DNA from: Chloroflexota bacterium
Lineage (GTDB): Bacteria; Chloroflexota; UBA11872; UBA12225
DNA: 64,000 bases
Assembly (NCBI GenBank): GCA_009693165.1
Contig: SHXX01000005.1
Location: forward strand, 1,022-65,021
Reading direction: 5' to 3'
The number at the start of each line of letters is the position of its first letter. Position 1 is the stretch's first letter. Under the pieces are notes generated by a model that made no database searches, had not been told where the DNA came from, and saw nothing but the letters and a program-made list of their open reading frames with translations. Shown here piece by piece: positions 39,693 through 48,365 of this stretch. The translations under genes and the position numbers were made by a program.

Positions 39693-40676
39693 ATGTTTCG
39701 GAACCTGCTGGTCATCGTGGCGGTCTTCGGCCTCGGTTGGGGCGGGTCATTTGCCGCCGGGATGACGTATGGACAGCGCCAAGCCTCGCTTGCGACTCCA
39801 TCGGGTGCCGGTGCTCAGGCGCAATCGGGTGCGCGTGCAACCGGTGCAAGTACTCCTCAATTGGGAGGCGCCGGCCAGACCGGAGGGTTGGGTGGTCAGG
39901 TCGGCCCTGGTGGACGGATGACCGTGGGAACCATCGCGCGCGTCGATGGGCAGACGGTGCTCGTCACCACTGGTGATAATCAGGAGGTTGCCGTTATGGT
40001 GTCCTCTCAGACCCCGATCACGAGGCCCGAGACCGTTTCGCTTGCAGACTTGGCTCCGGGTACCCGCGTGACGGTGATGGCTGAGGGTGCACCGGGTGCG
40101 CCGCCAGTTCCTGGCGCGCCGTTGGTGGCCCAGTCGATATCCGTCATCGCGCCAGGGTCTGGAGGGCCTGGTGGCGGTGGCCGTGGACAGGTTGGTGGTT
40201 CTTCTGGCCCGGCGGCACCTGCGGTGCCCACAGCTGCACCAACCGGTGTTCCCGCAACTGCACCGACCAGTGTTCCCGCAACTGCAGCGACGAGTGTTCC
40301 TGCGGTGGCAACGACCAGTGTCCCCGGCCAAGTTCCGACGGTTGCGGTTCTTGTCCCCATGCCTGCGGCTGCTCCGGCTAGTGCTTCGGATGCCCAGTCG
40401 ACCCCTGCGGAGCCGGGGCAAGGGCAACGAGGTCCACGGACTGATGCTCCGCGTCCGGGCGGACCTCCTGGTGGAGGCCCAGGGCAAGGTGGGCAGGGTG
40501 CCCAGGGCCAAGGTGGGCAGGGTGCCCAGGGCCAAGGTGGACCAGAAGGACGCGCGCTTGGCGGGCCCGCTGGGCAAACCGGAGGTCCCGGCCAGGGTGG
40601 TCCTGAGGGGCGTGCTCCCGCCGGGCAAGGCGGCCAGGGTGGTCGTGGCCCGGCTGCGCCACCTCCCGCGCCGTGA
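39693..40676 (+). CDS. Secreted or membrane-anchored Gly/Pro/Ala/Thr-rich repeat protein with one small beta-rich (DUF5666-like) domain
   Basis: Start MFRNLLVIVAVFGLGWGGSFAAG (signal-peptide-like, with an SFA-A site) lies behind GGAAGGA. Has the globular stretch GTIARVDGQTVLVTTGDNQEVAVMVSSQTPITRPETVSLADLAPGTRVTVMAEG. The rest is low complexity. Confidence 0.65.
   Translation: MFRNLLVIVAVFGLGWGGSFAAGMTYGQRQASLATPSGAGAQAQSGARATGASTPQLGGAGQTGGLGGQVGPGGRMTVGTIARVDGQTVLVTTGDNQEVAVMVSSQTPITRPETVSLADLAPGTRVTVMAEGAPGAPPVPGAPLVAQSISVIAPGSGGPGGGGRGQVGGSSGPAAPAVPTAAPTGVPATAPTSVPATAATSVPAVATTSVPGQVPTVAVLVPMPAAAPASASDAQSTPAEPGQGQRGPRTDAPRPGGPPGGGPGQGGQGAQGQGGQGAQGQGGPEGRALGGPAGQTGGPGQGGPEGRAPAGQGGQGGRGPAAPPPAP
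40236..40331 (+). repeat. 4 x 24-bp in-frame tandem repeat (xTxVPATA units)
   Basis: gcaccaaccggtgttcccgcaact / gcaccgaccagtgttcccgcaact / gcagcgacgagtgttcctgcggtg / gcaacgaccagtgtccccggccaa. Confidence 0.8.
40479..40540 (+). repeat. About 2.6 x 24-bp in-frame tandem repeat (QGQGGQGA units)
   Basis: cagggccaaggtgggcagggtgcc at 40503-40526, with a near-identical copy before it and a partial copy after it. Confidence 0.85.
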
Positions 40677-40740
40677 CTTGACCGTCAGCCTCAAGGCATG
40701 CGGGCGGGTTACGGTGAGGGACCGGTACGCTTAGGTCGAT

Positions 40741-41349
40741 TTGGATAATGACGTGATGGTCGACCGCACTCGTGATACCAACGCGTCTTCGACAACGTCA
40801 GTTGGCCGGTTCGCCTGGCTTTGGCGTACGGTCTTGGTTGAGTTTCGTCACGTTGCCTACGCAATTGTCTGGGTATTCGTGATCCAACAGGCGGTCGCAG
40901 CCTTCGTTGTCCAAGGTGCGAGCATGGAACCAACACTTGCAAACCACGCATACGTGATCGTCGACACGCTGTTTCCCGCGACGCGCCCGTTCCGGCGTGG
41001 TGAAGTGATTGTCTTCCGGTATCCGCGGAACCCGGAAGTCGAGTACGTGAAACGCGTGATTGCCCTTCCGGGTGAGACCGTTGCGATCGCGCACGGTGCG
41101 GTCTTTGTCAACGGCGCCCCGCTGGCCGAACCCTACGTCCACGAACCTACGAGGTACTTCTGGGGTCCGGCGCGGGTTCCGGAGGACAGCGTGTTCGTCC
41201 TTGGAGACAACCGAAACAGCAGTAGCGACTCCCATGTCTGGGGGCCGCTTCCGGCGTCACTTGTGGTGGGCCGGGCGTGGATCTCGCTGGCACCATTCGC
41301 CAATCTGGCATCTGAGGCGCCAAGAGCGGCCGCGATTGTGCCCCGCTGA
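40741..41349 (+). CDS. lepB: Signal peptidase I
   Basis: Has GASMEPTL (catalytic Ser), YVKRVIALPGE (catalytic Lys) and VLGDNRNSSSDSH. The start may be GTG 40750 or ATG 40756. Confidence 0.88.
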   Translation: MDNDVMVDRTRDTNASSTTSVGRFAWLWRTVLVEFRHVAYAIVWVFVIQQAVAAFVVQGASMEPTLANHAYVIVDTLFPATRPFRRGEVIVFRYPRNPEVEYVKRVIALPGETVAIAHGAVFVNGAPLAEPYVHEPTRYFWGPARVPEDSVFVLGDNRNSSSDSHVWGPLPASLVVGRAWISLAPFANLASEAPRAAAIVPR

Positions 41350-41382
41350 AATTGGCGTGTTCGAGAGATCACGGCGGAACGG

Positions 41383-42855
41383 CTACCAGGTCTCGATGAT
41401 CGCAGGAAGTTGCATCGCGCCCGGACTTGTGCCATCGATGATGCGTGCCGGACGACCGGTCGATTGGGCGAACGCGTCGCGAACCCTGGATACTGACTGG
41501 TTTGCCCGAGGGGAGAGGATGCCTCCGTGATTCGCCTCGGCGAGGATTGCCACAGTGCCGCCACTGCCACCCCCGGTGATCTTGGCGCCGTAGAGTCCAT
41601 TTCCAGGACCTTCATTGCGGGCGAGGTTGACGATCATGTCTGTCTCTGGCGCGCCGAGGCCACAGTTGCGGGAGTAGCTTCGGTGAGATCCGTACATCTG
41701 GCGTCCGGCGCGAATGAGGGCGGCCTCGCGAGTTGACGCCTTGGTGGTGGAGATTGCGTTGCCAAGTGCGTCCCGGAACCGGACCGCACGTGATTGTTCG
41801 CTGACTGCATGTTCGGTTGCGCCGCGGATGCGGTACTTCGTCGCACGGTCGATGTGGGTAGCCGGGTCGCGGTGGCTTCCATATTGATCGAGGAAGTCGC
41901 CACCCGTGAGTGTGACCGGCAACTGATTCCGGACGGCACGGAATGCCGCCGGATCAATGTTGCACAAGTGATCTCCGGGCACTTCAATATGGACACCGTC
42001 GATGCCCTTGATGAGCATCTCTCGGCCCATGAACGCCGCGGTGCGGACACGCGGATAGCGTTCGCCACCAACAGCATGCTTGACCCCACTATCGAGGCCG
42101 AGAACCGTGGCGCCGGCAGGTAGCGGCACATGGCCGAGGATGTCGTGCGGTTGGCATTGGAGGGTGAGCAGGCATCCGGCTTGTCCAAGCGTGCAAGTGA
42201 CTTGGTCCATGATCCCGCAGGGTGCACCGGCAACACGGTGCTCGACCAGTTGGCAGAGTGCCGCGATGCGGAACCCGTCGAGGTTGATGCCGAATGCAGT
42301 TGTGACCGCCCGCATCGTCGCCACCTCAAGGGCGGCTGATGACGCGACCCCCGCACCCAAGGGCACTGTCCCGTGAACGATGACATTCGCACCTGGGAGT
42401 GTGGTTGCGATGCCTTCGGAAAGCAGGATGTACCAGACGCCGACAACATACGACGCCCACCGGTTTTCCGTGCCAATGGCATTGCGGAGGTGATCAGGTG
42501 CGACCAAGGTGCCGCCGGTGGTCCCCGCGTCGTGGCGCCAGAACACGGCTGACGAAAGTTCGAAGGTTGCGCCGTCGAGGGATCCGGCCTCGGGGCCAAC
42601 GGTAACCACGCGGATGAGACCGTCTTCGCGGGGTTGCACCAGAACGGTGGTCCGCGCACCAATTGTGGCCTCTAGGACAGTGGCGCCGGAGTAGTCGGCA
42701 ATCCCGCCCATCACGTCCAGTCGGCCAGGTGCGGTGCCAATCGCGACCGGCTTGCCGGTTTCAAAGTGCGCTTGGGCCGATCCCGGTAGTGAATTGCGGA
42801 TGGAGTTGTAGGCGGACCGTATCTGATCCGCGTCGGTCGTAGATGATGCTGTCAC
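41383..42855 (-). CDS. GHMP-family sugar kinase (galactokinase / L-arabinokinase-like)
   Basis: Has APGRLDVMGGIADYSGATVLE and the GHMP motif VPLGAGVASSAALEVA. Its GTG start overlaps the prmC stop (GTGA). Confidence 0.8.
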   Translation of the reverse strand: MTASSTTDADQIRSAYNSIRNSLPGSAQAHFETGKPVAIGTAPGRLDVMGGIADYSGATVLEATIGARTTVLVQPREDGLIRVVTVGPEAGSLDGATFELSSAVFWRHDAGTTGGTLVAPDHLRNAIGTENRWASYVVGVWYILLSEGIATTLPGANVIVHGTVPLGAGVASSAALEVATMRAVTTAFGINLDGFRIAALCQLVEHRVAGAPCGIMDQVTCTLGQAGCLLTLQCQPHDILGHVPLPAGATVLGLDSGVKHAVGGERYPRVRTAAFMGREMLIKGIDGVHIEVPGDHLCNIDPAAFRAVRNQLPVTLTGGDFLDQYGSHRDPATHIDRATKYRIRGATEHAVSEQSRAVRFRDALGNAISTTKASTREAALIRAGRQMYGSHRSYSRNCGLGAPETDMIVNLARNEGPGNGLYGAKITGGGSGGTVAILAEANHGGILSPRANQSVSRVRDAFAQSTGRPARIIDGTSPGAMQLPAIIETW

Positions 42856-43775
42856 GGGAACGGAAGTGTACCGCGGGTGTGATCAGTTGGTGCTTTCGGT
42901 ATCTGGGCTTCAACTACCCGGTCGCGACCCGCGAGATCTTGGTGAACGGTCACTTGAGAGGTCGGTAACCGCTCCCTCGCGAGTGCGGAGAGTGCAGTGG
43001 CTTGGGCATCTCCACATTCCATGAGGATCGACCCGCCGGGGCGCACGAGGCGGGATGCGTGTGAAAGCAGATCCCGGTAGGCGTCAAGGCCGTCTGGGCC
43101 GCTGAACAAGGCGACGGGTGGTTCCCAATCACGAACGGTGCGGTCCAGTCCGGGCGCTTCGCCGGTTGGGATATAGGGCAAGTTGGCGCAGATGACGTGA
43201 ACGCTGGCCGTGAAGGTCGCCAGTCCATCGCCCTGCCTGAACCTCACGCGGGCACGCCTGGCCGAGTTCACGACGGTCCGAAGTCGGCGGGCATTATTGC
43301 GGGCGACCTGAAGTGCTCCCTCATCGTTGTCGATTGCGTGGATCGTGGACATTGGGCATGCGATTGCCCAGGCGATTGCGATTGCGCCTGATCCGGTTCC
43401 GACGTCGACACCTGTCGCTCCTTCACCACATGCCGCCAGGCGGGAGATGGCCAGATCAAGGATCGTTTCGGTGTCCGGCCTTGGGATCAGGACGCGCCGA
43501 TCGACACGGAACACGAGGCCCGCAAATTCCTTGGTGCCCGTGATGTAGGCGACCGGCTCGGCGGTCGATCGTCTCGCAACGAGTTGCTGGAACCGTCGCC
43601 ACGTGCCGGGGGTCATCGTCAGGTGGTCACGGGTCAGGATTGCACTCCGGTCACAGCGGAGGACGTGCCGCATGAGGACGTCAACATCCAATGAAGGGGT
43701 ATCGGTGATCGCGTCGCCAGCGGCGACCAAAACGGACCGCCCCCAACGGATCGCCTCGCTGATAGTCGGGGGCAT
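42852..43775 (-). CDS. prmC: Release-factor glutamine N5-methyltransferase
   Basis: Has VDVGTGSGAIAIA (SAM motif) and the NLPY catalytic tetrapeptide, 9 nt downstream of prfA. Confidence 0.88.
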   Translation of the reverse strand: MPPTISEAIRWGRSVLVAAGDAITDTPSLDVDVLMRHVLRCDRSAILTRDHLTMTPGTWRRFQQLVARRSTAEPVAYITGTKEFAGLVFRVDRRVLIPRPDTETILDLAISRLAACGEGATGVDVGTGSGAIAIAWAIACPMSTIHAIDNDEGALQVARNNARRLRTVVNSARRARVRFRQGDGLATFTASVHVICANLPYIPTGEAPGLDRTVRDWEPPVALFSGPDGLDAYRDLLSHASRLVRPGGSILMECGDAQATALSALARERLPTSQVTVHQDLAGRDRVVEAQIPKAPTDHTRGTLPFP

Positions 43776-43784
43776 GGGTGCGCC

Positions 43785-44858
43785 TCAGGCTGCGGTGGAG
43801 GCTTCGAGACGGTCAGCCTGGTCGGCATCGATCAGGGCACGCATCAGGGGATCGATGGCGCCATCGAGCATGCCGGGAAGGTTGTGGACGGTCACGCCGA
43901 TGCGGTGGTCCGTTACGCGGTCCTGTGGGAAGTTGTAGGTCCGGATCTTTTCGCTGCGATCACCCGTGCCAACCTGAAGGCGACGTGTGTCACCAAGTTC
44001 GTCGGCGCGACGGCGCTCCTCAAGGGAGAGCAAGCGGGCGCGGAGGACGGACATGGCGCGTGCCTTGTTCTTGAGTTGCGAACGTTCGTCCTGGCAGGTC
44101 ACGACGAGACCTGTTGGCTTGTGGGTTATCCGGACGGCCGAGTCGGTCGTGTTGACGCCTTGGCCCCCATGCCCTCCGGCGCGGTACACATCGATCACAA
44201 GGTCGTCAGGATCAATGCTGACATCGATTTCCTCGGCCTCGGGAAGCACGGCGACCGTGGCGGTTGAGGTGTGGATGCGACCCGAAGCCTCGGTGGCGGG
44301 GACACGCTGCACCCGGTGCACCCCGCTCTCGAACTTCAGGCGGCTGTATGCGCCTTGGCCGCGCACCTCAAGGATGAGTTCCTTGTATCCACCAATACCG
44401 GTGCCATTGGCCGAGAGGACTTCGGTCCGCCATCCCTGCCGTTCGGCATAGCGCGTGTACATTCGGGCGAGGTCAGAAGCGAAGAGGGCAGCCTCGTCAC
44501 CACCTGCGCCGGCCCGGATTTCAACGATGACGTTCTTTTCGTCATTGGGGTCGGTCGGGAGCAACGCGAAGCGCAACTGGGCAAGGAGTTCGGTGCGCTG
44601 GACCTCGAGGGTCCGGAGTTCCTCGCGCGCCATCGCCGCGAGTTCCTCATCAGTTTCGGTTTCGAGAATGGCGGTGGCGCCATCGATTTCCGCGTCGACC
44701 CGGACCATTGCACGCCAGATGTTGACAACCGGAAGCAGACTGGCCTGTTCGCGGCTCATGCGCACATATTCGGCTTGGATCCCGTAGACCTCGGGATCGC
44801 TCAGGCGCAATGCCAACCTGTTGTAGTGGTTCTCGATTTGTGCAACGCGATCAAGCAT
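43785..44858 (-). CDS. prfA: Peptide chain release factor 1
   Basis: Has the RVPATEASGRIHTS (PAT) motif and the AGGHGGQGVNTTDSAVR (GGQ) motif. Confidence 0.95.
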   Translation of the reverse strand: MLDRVAQIENHYNRLALRLSDPEVYGIQAEYVRMSREQASLLPVVNIWRAMVRVDAEIDGATAILETETDEELAAMAREELRTLEVQRTELLAQLRFALLPTDPNDEKNVIVEIRAGAGGDEAALFASDLARMYTRYAERQGWRTEVLSANGTGIGGYKELILEVRGQGAYSRLKFESGVHRVQRVPATEASGRIHTSTATVAVLPEAEEIDVSIDPDDLVIDVYRAGGHGGQGVNTTDSAVRITHKPTGLVVTCQDERSQLKNKARAMSVLRARLLSLEERRRADELGDTRRLQVGTGDRSEKIRTYNFPQDRVTDHRIGVTVHNLPGMLDGAIDPLMRALIDADQADRLEASTAA

Positions 44859-44930
44859 GGTGGCGGTTCCCGGGGTGTTCGCACCCGTGCCAGTGTTTCA
44901 TTGGGGCCGACATGGACATTCCGGCGCAGA

Positions 44931-44964
44931 CAAACGAAAAGGCAGGGCATAACTGCCCTGCCTT
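44931..44964 (-). terminator. Intrinsic terminator after rpmE
   Basis: The minus strand reads AAGGCAGGGCA-GTTA-TGCCCTGCCTT followed by TTCGTTTG. Confidence 0.7.
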
Positions 44965-44985
44965 GGTGGTATCGGGAACGCGGCG

Positions 44986-45198
44986 CTACTGCTCGTTGGG
45001 AAGCTTGAAGCGTCGGCGGAAGCGTTCGACCTGACCAGCGGTGTCAACGATTCGCTGCTGACCAGTGTAGAACGGATGGCAATTAGAACAGATTTCAACA
45101 CGGATCAGCGGACGCGTGGAACCCGTGGTGAACGAGTTGCCACAGACACACTGGACGCGCGCGCTCGGGTAGTAGTTCGGATGGATTTCGGGCTTCAC
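44986..45198 (-). CDS. rpmE: 50S ribosomal protein L31 (zinc-binding type)
   Basis: [51 protein letters not shown]... Confidence 0.93.
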   Translation of the reverse strand: MKPEIHPNYYPSARVQCVCGNSFTTGSTRPLIRVEICSNCHPFYTGQQRIVDTAGQVERFRRRFKLPNEQ

Positions 45199-45275
45199 GG
45201 CGTTTCCTCGGGTAGCAGTGTACCAAGGTCTGGAATGGTTCCGCGCCGGTGTGCTATTTCAGGGTGATGTGGTCC

Positions 45276-46358
45276 CTATGCACGCCCGTGTCGCGGTGCC
45301 GAAGCCATGAACGCGAGGGTCTCTTCCATGGTCGGGATGCCGGCACGGCCTCCCAGCGCGCGGCACTTCAGTGCGGCCACGGCCGAGGCGAACTCAAGCG
45401 CGGCGCCTAGGTTGAGGCCATTTGCGCGTCCCAACAGGAAAGCACCGTGGAAGACGTCGCCGGCTCCAGTCGTGTCCACCAACGCCGGAGCGATGAAGGC
45501 GGGCGTGTGGAAATCTCCGTCGGGTGATGAGCACCAACAACCGTTTTCTCCCTCGGTGACGACGACGACCGACGGGCCCTCCCCCCGGAGGCGTCGGGCC
45601 GCCTCGAGGAGCGCAGTGCCTTCAAGGATGTCCGCGTCGGTTCCGTCGTGGTCAGGCAGGTCGGTACCCGTGGCGTGGTTTCGGGTCACAAGGGTTCCCG
45701 CGTAGTCGCGAGCGGCGGCGCCAAGGGTCCGTCCGGCCTGTGCCGCGATGAACTCAGACGCGAAGAACCTCGATACGACCAAGTAGCGCAACGAGGGAAG
45801 CAAGGGCGTCACGCTTGGATGGAAGTGCGTGCCGTCGAGACAGACTTCGCCTCCGGCATCCTTGACAAGTTTGGCCGCACCGCGGGCGCCGGGACCGGCG
45901 TCGCTGAGGTGCAGGTACGCAGCGGATTTGACGTACTCTGGTCGCAAGTCGATTGGAAGCACGTCACCCGCGGTACCTCGGCCGGACAGGAATGCCCGTG
46001 CCCCGGAACGGCCATCGACCAGGACGATGGTCCGGTGCGATGTTTCGCCGGCGGCAACGACGGCGTGTGACACGTCAACGCCCTCGTGGCGGAACTCCGA
46101 GAGGATCTCCGCTCCGGTGGCGTCATCTCCAACACGGGTGATGAACGACGCATTTCCTCCGAGTCGCGCAATGGCAACCATGGCGGTAGCGACCATACCC
46201 CCGCCCTGCTGCGCGCGCCCCTTGATCGTTGCACGGCCCTCGGGAGGGGGGATCTCCGTAAGCAAGAGGAGGTCGTCAATGCACGCGAAGCCAAGACCGA
46301 GGATGCGGGGACGGCTTCCGGCCGCCGGCGGGTTCGTGGTTCCGTGTCGAGTGGTCAC
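45276..46358 (-). CDS. PfkB-family carbohydrate kinase
   Basis: Has ILGLGFACIDDLL, and DTTGAGDVFHGAF (the PfkB DTxGAGD signature). Start set at GTG 46358 behind GGATGG; ATG 46427 or the track start 46511 are alternatives. Confidence 0.78.
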   Translation of the reverse strand: MTTRHGTTNPPAAGSRPRILGLGFACIDDLLLLTEIPPPEGRATIKGRAQQGGGMVATAMVAIARLGGNASFITRVGDDATGAEILSEFRHEGVDVSHAVVAAGETSHRTIVLVDGRSGARAFLSGRGTAGDVLPIDLRPEYVKSAAYLHLSDAGPGARGAAKLVKDAGGEVCLDGTHFHPSVTPLLPSLRYLVVSRFFASEFIAAQAGRTLGAAARDYAGTLVTRNHATGTDLPDHDGTDADILEGTALLEAARRLRGEGPSVVVVTEGENGCWCSSPDGDFHTPAFIAPALVDTTGAGDVFHGAFLLGRANGLNLGAALEFASAVAALKCRALGGRAGIPTMEETLAFMASAPRHGRA

Positions 46359-46486
46359 GATTGGCCATCCTAGCGCGTTGATCAGACGATGGGGCGCGCA
46401 TCCGTCATGAAGTGCAACATGAGACATGGCGTGGGTGCGGCGTAGAGTATCTCGCAGCAGCGATGACCTCGGAAGAGGGTGCTCCG

Positions 46487-47815
46487 ATGCAGTTGAACGA
46501 TGGCCCGGCAAGTCGACGCCGGATTTCCGTGGACGAGGCTATCCGCGCGCTTCTGGCCCAGTTTGACCCTGTGTCCGACCATGAGCGCATCACGGTTCTG
46601 GATGCGTTGGGGCGGACCCTGGTTGAGGACATCCCGGCACGCGCAGACGTCCCTCCATTTGATTACGCGACGCTGGATGGCTACGCCGTTCGGGCATCAG
46701 ACACGGTGGGCGCAGCACCAGACCGACCAGTCCCATTCGAGGTCATCGGTGTCCTCGCCGCTGGTGCGGTCACGAGCAGGCCGTTGGGCAAAGGCGAGGC
46801 TTACCGGATCCTGACCGGGGCGCCGTTGCCTCCAGGTGCGGATGCGGTGGTGCCGTTTGAGGGGACTGACGGCAAGGGCTTTGGTGGGTGGGAAGGTGCT
46901 GACGCGGTGTCCTTGGGACTGGCGGAGGAACGGGTGGCGGTGCGGGTGCAGGTTCGCAGCGGGGATGACGTCCGCCCCCGCGCTGAAGACCAACGGTCGG
47001 GTGAGATTCTGCTTCGGTCCGGGACGCGGGTTCGACCGGCTGAGGTCGCGGTACTGGCGAGTGCCGGCATTTACTCGGTGTGGGTCCACCGGCGGATTCG
47101 CATTGGTGTGCTCTCGACCGGCGATGAACTAGTGGCGCGTGACCATGACGGCCCGCTTGGGCCGGGAAAGATCAGGGACGCCAATGGCCCCGCCGTGCTT
47201 GCACTGGCGATGAGGGACGGCGCGGAAACCGTCGATCTCGGCCAGGCTCTCGATCAGCCCAATTCGGTCCGTGGTTCTCTGCTCAAAGGCGTTGCGCTTG
47301 GGTGTGACCTGTTGGTGACCTCGGGTGGTGTCTCAATGGGCGACCGCGACATGGTCAAGCATGTGATCCGTGATGAGGGAGAGGTTTCCATCTGGTCGAT
47401 TGACTTGCGCCCGGGCAAGCCATTCACATTCGGGCGGTTCCACGGAGTGCCAGTCATGGCGTTGCCAGGCAATCCTGTTTCGGCGATGGTCGCCTATGAA
47501 TTGCTGGTGAACCCAGTTGTCCGGCGTTTGCAGGGTGATCGGGCGACTGTTCCGGTTGAAATGATGGCCATCGCCGACCAGGAAATCCTGAATGACAGCG
47601 GTCGGGAGAACTTCGTTCGAGGGGTTGCACGGATTGCGGGCGGAGCTTGCGGGTCAATCGAGTGGCATGTGTGTCCCACAGGTCCTCAGGGCTCAGGCAT
47701 CCTGACGTCAATGTCTCGTGCAAACTGCCTTATCCGTCTCTCACCTGAGACGAGGCGCGTCGAGTCGGGAGGGCGCGTCAGGGTGCGACTGATGGATGCG
47801 TTCCCACTTTGGTAA
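46487..47815 (+). CDS. moeA: Molybdopterin molybdotransferase
   Basis: MQLNDGPASRRRISVDEAIRALL...VPPFDYATLDGYAVRASD. GAGGGTG lies 5 nt upstream of ATG 46487. Confidence 0.88.
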   Translation: MQLNDGPASRRRISVDEAIRALLAQFDPVSDHERITVLDALGRTLVEDIPARADVPPFDYATLDGYAVRASDTVGAAPDRPVPFEVIGVLAAGAVTSRPLGKGEAYRILTGAPLPPGADAVVPFEGTDGKGFGGWEGADAVSLGLAEERVAVRVQVRSGDDVRPRAEDQRSGEILLRSGTRVRPAEVAVLASAGIYSVWVHRRIRIGVLSTGDELVARDHDGPLGPGKIRDANGPAVLALAMRDGAETVDLGQALDQPNSVRGSLLKGVALGCDLLVTSGGVSMGDRDMVKHVIRDEGEVSIWSIDLRPGKPFTFGRFHGVPVMALPGNPVSAMVAYELLVNPVVRRLQGDRATVPVEMMAIADQEILNDSGRENFVRGVARIAGGACGSIEWHVCPTGPQGSGILTSMSRANCLIRLSPETRRVESGGRVRVRLMDAFPLW

Positions 47816-47942
47816 CCTTGTCGGACACGCCGGAAATGCCAGCATCCCCTGTCTCGCGAGACGTGTGACCGAGGTGTCATGACAAGTTCGGCCGGTGCTT
47901 GCCGAGCAAGTGCCAGATTGACTGGAAAGGGGGTGAGAGAGA

Positions 47943-48212
47943 ATGGCAGTTGAGGCTGAAACCAGGCAGGTGCTAATCAAGAAGTTCCAGCGCAATGGTG
48001 CGGATACCGGGTCACCGGAAGTCCAGGTGGCGTTGCTCACCGAACGCATCAAGTCGCTGACCCAGCACCTGATCGCGAACAAGAAGGACGTGTCTTCACG
48101 GCGCGGATTGCAGCTGATGGTGGGCCAGCGTCGCCGGTTGCTGACGCATCTCACACGGATTGAACTGTCGCGCTACCAGACCCTGATTGCGGAGCTCGGG
48201 TTGCGCCGCTGA
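47943..48212 (+). CDS. rpsO: 30S ribosomal protein S15
   Basis: 89 aa, ...[45 protein letters not shown]... Confidence 0.95.
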   Translation: MAVEAETRQVLIKKFQRNGADTGSPEVQVALLTERIKSLTQHLIANKKDVSSRRGLQLMVGQRRRLLTHLTRIELSRYQTLIAELGLRR

Positions 48213-48365
48213 CGCATGCCATGAATGGCAGGCGCGGTCGGTTGTTAGTTATTCCGTGCACACCGAGTGCCCGTGCAACCGGCCCCGTTGGGAACGGATT
48301 AGCTAACAGACCGCGCACCGCGTCTGCCCTCGCGCCCAATGTTGGGGCGCGAAGAGGAGACACGA

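Noticed and set aside
40236-40540. Tandem 24-bp repeats, considered as a possible CRISPR-like or minisatellite array.
   Set aside because: The units are contiguous with no spacers, are in frame, and encode the low-complexity part of a protein. No cas genes are present, so this is not a CRISPR array.
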